A stretch of 64,000 nucleotides of DNA from positions 192,001 through 256,000 of the forward strand of contig OZ219801.1 of the NCBI GenBank assembly GCA_964291655.2, written 5' to 3'. The notes under the pieces are model-generated. The model saw only the letters and a list, made by a program, of their open reading frames with translations. It ran no database searches and was not told the origin of the DNA. The stretch is from Chloroflexota bacterium (GTDB lineage Bacteria > Chloroflexota > UBA11872 > VXOZ01). Below, in pieces: positions 57,519 through 64,000 of the stretch. Both the position numbers and the translations under genes were made by a program. The first letter of the stretch is position 1; every line of letters begins with the position of its first letter.

Positions 57519-59498
57519 GTGCCGCGTGCGCTAACTATCGGCAATGGCAGCATGCTCATCAATTTCGATGAGCACTACCGTATTCGCGATCTCTACTATC
57601 CGAACGTTGGCGCCGACAATCACTTGTCAGCTCGGCCCTCACGCATTGGAGTATGGGTAGACGATCAGTTCTCCTGGCTCGGCGACGACGGCTGGGAAGT
57701 CTCCCCTGGTTATGCTGAGTACTCCCTGGTAACCCAGGCACGGGCAGTCCACCCGCTTCTCAATATCGACATTCGCTTCACGGACTGTCTGGACTTTGTG
57801 CGCAACCTGTTTCTCCGCAAGCTCCACGTCAGAAACACCTCTGACGTTGCCCGAGACATTCGGATCTACTTTCACTATGAGTGGGGTCTCGGGGGAGGCG
57901 ATGTGGGAGACACGGTATTCTACCATCCCCCCACCCAGGCCCTGATCGCTTACAAGGGCCAACGGTTCTTTCTGATGAACGTCATGACCGGAGACAACGC
58001 CGGGCTCAGCGATTGGGCGACAGGCGTCTACTCTGCCGAAGGCGCTCAAGGTTCGTGGCAAGACGCTGAGGACGGCTGGCTCTCGCAGAACGCGGTATCT
58101 CGCGGCGACGTCGACTGCGTGGGCATGCTGTCCCTAGGCGAAATGTCCCCCGGTGAGGCCCGCAACGGCTACCATTGGGTGGCCGCCAACTCAAGTCTGG
58201 GCGCAGTGCTGGCAGACAATAGATTGGTTCGCTTTCGAACGCCGGATAGCTTCATCGACCGCACGCAGGAGTACTGGTCGTTTTGGGTGCGCAAGCACCG
58301 CACGCCGCAGCCGGAAATCCCGCAGGACATTTGGGACCTCTACCATCGGAGTCTGCTGACCCTGCGGACACAAGTGGACAATACCGGCGCTATCATTGCG
58401 GGAAACGATCCTGACATCGCCCGTGAAACCGGAGATACGTATAGTTACCTCTTCCCACGAGTCGGTGCGCTTGCCGCAGTAGCTTTGGATCGTGCAGGGT
58501 ACACGGACCTCACGCGCCAATTCTATACCTTCTGCCGCCAACTTCCCTCGCCAGATGGGTTTCTTTTCTCGAAGTACACCCCGTTTGGCGCGGTTGGCAG
58601 CCTCAACCACCCCTGGGTGGATCCCGATGGCAAAGAGACTCTTCCTGTGGCGGCTGACAATACGGCGATCCTGCTCTGGGCGCTCGGCGAGCACTTTGGT
58701 CTCGACCGCGACTTCGATTTCGTGCGATCAGTCTATACCGATCTCGTCCAACCGGCGCTTGACTTCCTTCTGAGCCATCGCAATCCAAATAACGGACTGC
58801 CGCTGCCTTCGTTCGATCTGTGGGAAGAGACCTACGGCATGCACGCGTACACACTGGCAGCCACCTGGGCCGGCCTGCGCGCGGCCTGTACGTTCACCGC
58901 TGCCTTCGGACAACCGGAACTCACATGCGCCGCGCAGGAAGCTGCGACCCAAATTCGACGCCATTTTGACTCCTTGTTCTACGATAAGGAGACCGGACGC
59001 TACGTCACTCGCCTCCGCATCTTTGGAACGCGGGAGCCGATACCGGATTCTACAATTGATGCGAGCGTCGCCGGTCTCTTTCTTTTCGGTATGATTTCGC
59101 CCGACGATGAGCGCATGCAGCGTACCATGGCAACCGTGCGCCAGCAGCTTTGGTGCCACACGGAGGTTGGGGGTCTTGCGCGTTCCGAGAACGATCGCTT
59201 CCTTCAAGTCAGCACGGATATCGGCAACGTGCCGGGCAATCCCTGGGCGGTTACCACGATGTGGCTCTGCCGCTGGCATATCGCCCGCGCCCAGTGCCTG
59301 GATGACTTGAAGCCCGCGGAAGAACTCCTCAGGTGGGCGCATCGCCATGCCCTGTCTACGGGTATGCTTGCCGAACAATTCCACCCGTATACGCATGCTC
59401 CAATTTCTGTAAACCCATACACATGGAGTCACGCCGAGTTCTTGCTGGCAGTGCAAGCGTACATCCAGCGAGGCAAAGAGATTGCAGAACGCGCGTAG
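57519..59498 (+). CDS. Glycoside hydrolase family 15 (glucoamylase-like) protein
   Basis: GNGSML...D...RDLYYP.VG, GAIIA, DLWEE, GGLAR, GNPW, LAEQ, P.TWSHA. Confidence 0.88.
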   Translation: MPRALTIGNGSMLINFDEHYRIRDLYYPNVGADNHLSARPSRIGVWVDDQFSWLGDDGWEVSPGYAEYSLVTQARAVHPLLNIDIRFTDCLDFVRNLFLRKLHVRNTSDVARDIRIYFHYEWGLGGGDVGDTVFYHPPTQALIAYKGQRFFLMNVMTGDNAGLSDWATGVYSAEGAQGSWQDAEDGWLSQNAVSRGDVDCVGMLSLGEMSPGEARNGYHWVAANSSLGAVLADNRLVRFRTPDSFIDRTQEYWSFWVRKHRTPQPEIPQDIWDLYHRSLLTLRTQVDNTGAIIAGNDPDIARETGDTYSYLFPRVGALAAVALDRAGYTDLTRQFYTFCRQLPSPDGFLFSKYTPFGAVGSLNHPWVDPDGKETLPVAADNTAILLWALGEHFGLDRDFDFVRSVYTDLVQPALDFLLSHRNPNNGLPLPSFDLWEETYGMHAYTLAATWAGLRAACTFTAAFGQPELTCAAQEAATQIRRHFDSLFYDKETGRYVTRLRIFGTREPIPDSTIDASVAGLFLFGMISPDDERMQRTMATVRQQLWCHTEVGGLARSENDRFLQVSTDIGNVPGNPWAVTTMWLCRWHIARAQCLDDLKPAEELLRWAHRHALSTGMLAEQFHPYTHAPISVNPYTWSHAEFLLAVQAYIQRGKEIAERA

Positions 59499-59540
59499 GC
59501 GGCTGCGCGAAATGGTCCTACCGCGATGTGGGGAAGAGGA

Positions 59541-61529
59541 TTATTCGCTTGCGACCGGCGCGAGGCGAATGTTGAAGTGAGCGACCTCAGTTGTGATGGG
59601 CGTGGCCCCGCTCACGATAAGGACAGCGCTTTGCAGTTCTTGACCGAAGCTATCAAGGATGAATGAGATGTCTCTTTCCTCTTGACCTTGCAGCATAACG
59701 CGCTCGACTGTCGGGAAGCCGTCCACGTACCGTACGAGTTGCACAATGTAGTACTGCGGCAGGACGCCGTCGGTACGAAAGAAACCTCTCGCCTCCCAAT
59801 CGCCGTCGGTCTCGGCATCGTCGCCAAACTCGATTCCGCTAATCGAGAAATCGTCCACCAGAATGCCCACACTGTTGATCGCATCATCCGTCACATACTC
59901 GAAGCGCAAGAGAATCTGCTTACCAGCGTAGTCAGCAAGGCTGACTTCCTCTTCGATCCAGCGCGCGACGTCCCCACCACCGCTCTTTCCCGTGAATCCG
60001 TGGCCGAGATTGTTGCCATTTGGGTTCTCAGTCGTTGTGCTCGTGCCGGGCAGAGTTGTCCACGTCACGCCGCCATCGCTCGAAGCTGAGACGTAGGCAT
60101 AGTCAAAGTCTGATTCGATGTCGTACCACGTGCTAAAGCGAAGAATCGCAGAATCGGCATCCCGTAGATCTACTTCTCGCGTGAGAGATGTGGCTGCCAT
60201 GTCAGAACGATTGCCCCACCAAACGTGCGTACCGCTGGGAGCGGAAGTTGGGAAGAGCCGAACCTGCGACGCGCCTAAGAAGTCCAGCGTATAGTCGCCT
60301 TGCGGCATGCGAAGATCGATATACTGGACGCCAAACTGCTTTACCGATAGGTACTCTTCGAAGGTCTGCCGGCGTACTATCTCTTGGGGACGCATGCGGG
60401 GCAGGCGCACGTCGTAATAGTAGGCGCCATTGTCAGGTCGTTCGTCATCTATGTAATTCGCCGCAGTCCAGTCCGCGAACACGTCGTAGAAATCCACGGC
60501 GTATCCTTCTGTTGCCAGATAGGTGTCGATTGTAGCCTGGCCGCGAGCGGGCAGAGCAATGAGGGTCTTTAGCTCCCGATAGCCGCCATAGTGTTGCGCA
60601 AAGTAATCCATGAAGAGGTATGCCGCCGCGTAGTGGGGCAAGACGCCTCGTGGATCATCGCTCCAATGCGTCAGCTGCACGTCTGAGTCTCTTGCATACC
60701 AGGACGCAATATCACCCAGGCTATAGCCGCACAATTCCGACGCAACCATGGCAGCACCTTCGTTGAGCCAGGTCTCCTGGGTCGGATTCTTATTCCAATG
60801 CACCATGTGTTGGAATTCATGACAAAGTGTGGACAGGTAGTACTCGGTTCCAGGACCGTACTCGACTCTATCCACATTTATGTAAAACATCTCTCGTTCG
60901 TTGCTGAACGGATTCACTTCGCTCGGAAACTCGTCGGCTGAAGAATAGTAGCCGCCCACGCCAGGTATGCGGGCATTGAGAATAGTAATTCTCGGATCAT
61001 TGTCTACGCCCGGGCTCCATTCCTCTCCGTAATACCTGCGTATCCTCGGATAGATGGTGTCCTCAAACTCGCGAATCGTCTTGTCGATCCCGGACTGTGG
61101 CAGGTCCAACCCTACTTCTACGTACATGTAGAGGTGCTCTGATTTCCCGCGCAGTTCGGCCTCGATCTGGTAATAGCTACTATTTTCATCGTCTGCAACC
61201 CAAAACGTCTGCACGGTACCCAAGGCATAGTTGGGCCGCTCGGCATTCACCACTCGGTCGACGTTATCTGAAATTCCCTTATAGCGCTTGCCAAGGTCGA
61301 AGAGGTCTCGTTCGGGCTTTTCCGTCGCAAGGAGACGTTGGAGTGTTTGCTCGGCCTGTGGGGATGAATCCTGCGGCCCGAAGGAATCTGCAGGACGCTC
61401 CTCGCCGGCTGGGAGTTTGGTCTCAGGCAGCAGTTCCCCAAGGTCCGGTGCGACCTGAGAACATGACGTAATGACGAGGATTGTGACAGCGAGAAGGAAG
61501 AACAACAAGCCTACAGGATGGCGGCTCAT
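59541..61529 (-). CDS. Immune inhibitor A/M6-like zinc metalloprotease lipoprotein
   Basis: ITSC lipobox, HEFQH plus WLNEG, YDIESDFDYAYV and LRFEYVTD jelly-roll domain; start reassigned to ATG 61529. Confidence 0.85.
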   Translation of the reverse strand: MSRHPVGLLFFLLAVTILVITSCSQVAPDLGELLPETKLPAGEERPADSFGPQDSSPQAEQTLQRLLATEKPERDLFDLGKRYKGISDNVDRVVNAERPNYALGTVQTFWVADDENSSYYQIEAELRGKSEHLYMYVEVGLDLPQSGIDKTIREFEDTIYPRIRRYYGEEWSPGVDNDPRITILNARIPGVGGYYSSADEFPSEVNPFSNEREMFYINVDRVEYGPGTEYYLSTLCHEFQHMVHWNKNPTQETWLNEGAAMVASELCGYSLGDIASWYARDSDVQLTHWSDDPRGVLPHYAAAYLFMDYFAQHYGGYRELKTLIALPARGQATIDTYLATEGYAVDFYDVFADWTAANYIDDERPDNGAYYYDVRLPRMRPQEIVRRQTFEEYLSVKQFGVQYIDLRMPQGDYTLDFLGASQVRLFPTSAPSGTHVWWGNRSDMAATSLTREVDLRDADSAILRFSTWYDIESDFDYAYVSASSDGGVTWTTLPGTSTTTENPNGNNLGHGFTGKSGGGDVARWIEEEVSLADYAGKQILLRFEYVTDDAINSVGILVDDFSISGIEFGDDAETDGDWEARGFFRTDGVLPQYYIVQLVRYVDGFPTVERVMLQGQEERDISFILDSFGQELQSAVLIVSGATPITTEVAHFNIRLAPVASE

Positions 61530-61554
61530 CCAAGCCTGCGGCAGTCCGTGAGAC

Positions 61555-62433
61555 CTAAGTTTTCTCATCGGAATCAGGCTTAGAATCCGGGCGCGTCCCG
61601 GCAAGCTGGGCGTATCGCTGCGTCGTGCTGATGCTGGTATGGCCAAGCATCGAGCGTACATGCTGCAGAGGCACGCTGCCCTCAATTGCATGGGCAGCAA
61701 ACGTATGGCGCAGGGTCTGCGGGGTGACCTCTGGTAAACGAGCAGCGCGAGCATACCCCTTCAATATGAGCCAAAAGCCCTGACGGGTGAGCCGTTGACC
61801 GCGATGATTGAGAAAGAGCGCCTCGCCCGAACGCGATGTCTGCAACTGCGGCCGGCTCTCCGCGAGGTAATGCCCAATAGCAGCCAAGCACGCCTCGTCT
61901 ATCGGAACAACGGACTGCTTATTGCGTGCGCGCAGCACGAGATGTTGACTCTCGTGAACGACGTCACCTATGTCTATTCCAAGCGCCTCGGTGATGCGAA
62001 TGCCAGTACTGTAAAGCAGCTGTAATATGCTCTGATCGCGGAGGGCTTCCGGCGTGGACTTTTCCTCAGCAGCGGCGAAGAGCGCCCTTACTTGAGCGTG
62101 AGTGAGAACTGTTGGCACCATGCGCTCCACGTGCGTACTGCCAAGGTCCTTCGTCGGATCTTCAGTTACGATGCCCTGCTCGCCAAGGTAGCGGTAAAAG
62201 GAACGCACCGCGGCAACCTTCCGGGCACGAGTGGATGCGCTGTAGCCTCGGTCCAAGAGGTCTCGCGCAAATGCCCCAATGCTGTTGGGGTCTACTTCCC
62301 AATTGCTCACGCCCTGTGCGCGAAGAAATTTGGTCAATTGATTCAAGTCGTTCTTATAAGCCGCCTGAGTATTGGCTGACAATTCTCGCTGTTGAGTTAT
62401 GTAGATTAGAAAATTAGAGACCGATTTTTCCAT
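61555..62433 (-). CDS. XerD/XerC-like tyrosine recombinase with divergent active site
   Basis: LSANT..AY..DL, RSFYRY, RD..ILQLLYSTG.R, LFLNHRG.RLTRQG, TPQTLRH, LGH, TT..Y. Confidence 0.88.
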   Translation of the reverse strand: MEKSVSNFLIYITQQRELSANTQAAYKNDLNQLTKFLRAQGVSNWEVDPNSIGAFARDLLDRGYSASTRARKVAAVRSFYRYLGEQGIVTEDPTKDLGSTHVERMVPTVLTHAQVRALFAAAEEKSTPEALRDQSILQLLYSTGIRITEALGIDIGDVVHESQHLVLRARNKQSVVPIDEACLAAIGHYLAESRPQLQTSRSGEALFLNHRGQRLTRQGFWLILKGYARAARLPEVTPQTLRHTFAAHAIEGSVPLQHVRSMLGHTSISTTQRYAQLAGTRPDSKPDSDEKT

Positions 62434-62645
62434 CACTTTCCTCAAATCAGACCGAGTTGAAACATGGCAAACCTCCATACTGCACATCGAAAAGCGCTGC
62501 ACGGCAGCAGAATTCCTGCCCCAGTTCGCCAATCACCACCTGGACGTACTGCGCTCGCGGATCACAGAGCGCTGCCAGAGTACCGAAGCACCACCACATC
62601 GGTGATTACGCTAAGCCGCATTATACATGCGACCAAAGCTATGGG

Positions 62646-63317
62646 CTACCCCACATCCTCAGGCCAGCCGTGCTCGCCCACCAACGGAACGAAGCGTACG
62701 GCGCCAAGATCACGCCGCTTCACATCGTCTCCCTGATTCTCCAACAGCAGAAGCGTCTGCTTTTCGCGATCGCCGACCGGAATTACACACCTCCCGCCTT
62801 GGGTGAGTTGATTGAGCAACGGTTCTGGGGTGCTTGGAGCTGCCGCGGACACGATTATGGCATCATACGGCGCACTATCCGGCCATCCCATCGTGCCGTC
62901 CGCGACGAAAATGTCACAGTTGTCGCAACCCAGGTCACAGAGGCGCCGCTCTGCAACGAGCGCAAGCTCTGCGAATCGTTCGACAGACACAACGCTGCGA
63001 GCCAAACAGCAAAGGATCGCAGTTTGGTATCCGGAACCGGTGCCGATTTCGAGCACATGCTCCTTACCCGTCAGCGAAAGCGCTTCAGTCATAAGGGCAA
63101 CCACGTAGGGTTGCGATATTGTCTGCCCTTCGCCAATGGGCAGTGGGGTATCCTGATAGGCTTCACGGCGCAGGCTGTCGTCTACGAAGTCCTCGCGTGG
63201 AATTTCCCCAATCGCATTGAGGATACGGGTATCCCGAATCCCTTTCCTGCGCAGTGAGGAAGCCAGACGGACCCGCTGCAGTGTGGAAGAGTCTGCCGCA
63301 CTTTCCCGCCCATCCAC
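62646..63317 (-). CDS. pcm: Protein-L-isoaspartate O-methyltransferase
   Basis: AY.D.PLPIG.GQTISQP, VLEIGTGSGYQ, APYDAI, FVPL. Confidence 0.96.
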   Translation of the reverse strand: MDGRESAADSSTLQRVRLASSLRRKGIRDTRILNAIGEIPREDFVDDSLRREAYQDTPLPIGEGQTISQPYVVALMTEALSLTGKEHVLEIGTGSGYQTAILCCLARSVVSVERFAELALVAERRLCDLGCDNCDIFVADGTMGWPDSAPYDAIIVSAAAPSTPEPLLNQLTQGGRCVIPVGDREKQTLLLLENQGDDVKRRDLGAVRFVPLVGEHGWPEDVG

Positions 63318-63319
63318 GA

Positions 63320-63904
63320 TTAACCCTTCTTGTACGTCACCTCTTCTCCCGTCCCAATGGGCACCAGCACACTCACGCAGTTCGGATGGTTCCGCACCTT
63401 GCTGAAGTATTCTTCCAGATACTCACCATGAGAGACCGCGTTATCGGCCACAATGACGCCTCCCGGGGAGAGTCGGGGGTAGATCAGATCAAAGTAGGCC
63501 GCATAGTCTTCTTTGGCCGCATCGAGAAAGACAAGATCATACGGCCCTGCGAGGGTTGCCAAAGTCTGCTTGCCATCACCCTGTATCACGGTGATTACAT
63601 CCGCCAAGCCTGCCTTGGCAAAGTTCGCCTCAGCCACGGCTATTTTCTCGGATTCGAGTTCTAGCGTAGTGATGCGGGCGCCAACTTCACGCGCGGCCAG
63701 CCCAATCCAGATAGTGGAATACCCGTGAAACATGCCGATTTCTAGGATGCGCTTGGGTTTTGCCACCTGAACCAGCACGTGGAGAAACCTGCCAGTATCA
63801 GGGGGTACGCTGATACGCACTTGGCCCCACTCTTCCGGCCGGTCTGCTAGTGCCTGCAGGATGTCGGCGTCTGCCATCGTCTCCACGGCGTCCTCCTCGC
63901 GCAT
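63320..63904 (-). CDS. SAM-dependent O-methyltransferase (Methyltransf_3 type)
   Basis: ILEIGMFHGYS, DLVFLDAAK, GG.IVADN. Confidence 0.92.
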   Translation of the reverse strand: MREEDAVETMADADILQALADRPEEWGQVRISVPPDTGRFLHVLVQVAKPKRILEIGMFHGYSTIWIGLAAREVGARITTLELESEKIAVAEANFAKAGLADVITVIQGDGKQTLATLAGPYDLVFLDAAKEDYAAYFDLIYPRLSPGGVIVADNAVSHGEYLEEYFSKVRNHPNCVSVLVPIGTGEEVTYKKG

Positions 63905-64000
63905 GTCACATTATGTCTCATTCGGCCATTTATTTGTCTGCAGGTGTTTGATTCTCAAGCGTTACTTGCGCCGCGGCAATGCGGGCCACCGGGACACGGT

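Noticed and set aside
63893-63921. dif-like sequence (GCGCAT...TTATGTCTCAT) near the Xer-like gene
   Set aside because: Arm spacing is 2 nt short of a dif site, the match is partial, and it overlaps the methyltransferase start codon
63962-64000. Possible 3' end of a minus-strand gene at the window edge
   Set aside because: Only about 12 codons visible; not identifiable

Overview
Gene-dense bacterial chromosomal window of moderately high GC, most consistent with a Chloroflexota genome. That assignment is inferred from Tat-lipoprotein sugar-type binding proteins with long acidic linkers, a membrane-anchored baseplate-J protein beside ruvX-mltG, and an archaeal-type debranching enzyme and DNA ligase. 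It holds about 50 mostly housekeeping or catabolic CDS (gltB, rpe, pheA, mltG, ruvX, folE, folC, pncB, pcm, a Xer-like recombinase, an ArsR/P1B-ATPase pair) and three tRNAs (Phe, Val, Pro). I found no transposase, prophage or CRISPR array. The most notable features are: (1) a tandem array of three orphan Tat-lipoprotein ABC binding-protein paralogues, each with its own promoter and terminator, that look mosaic, with the third frameshifted by an exact 17-bp duplication just after its ATG; (2) a palindromic repeat element inserted in-frame in folC; (3) a baseplate-J/ruvX/mltG operon whose MltG carries a Tat-lipobox leader; (4) candidate structured RNAs in the gltB leader and at about 50060-50250; (5) several enzymes with degenerate catalytic motifs or no canonical start codon. 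All calls are by-eye motif recognition; no searches were run.
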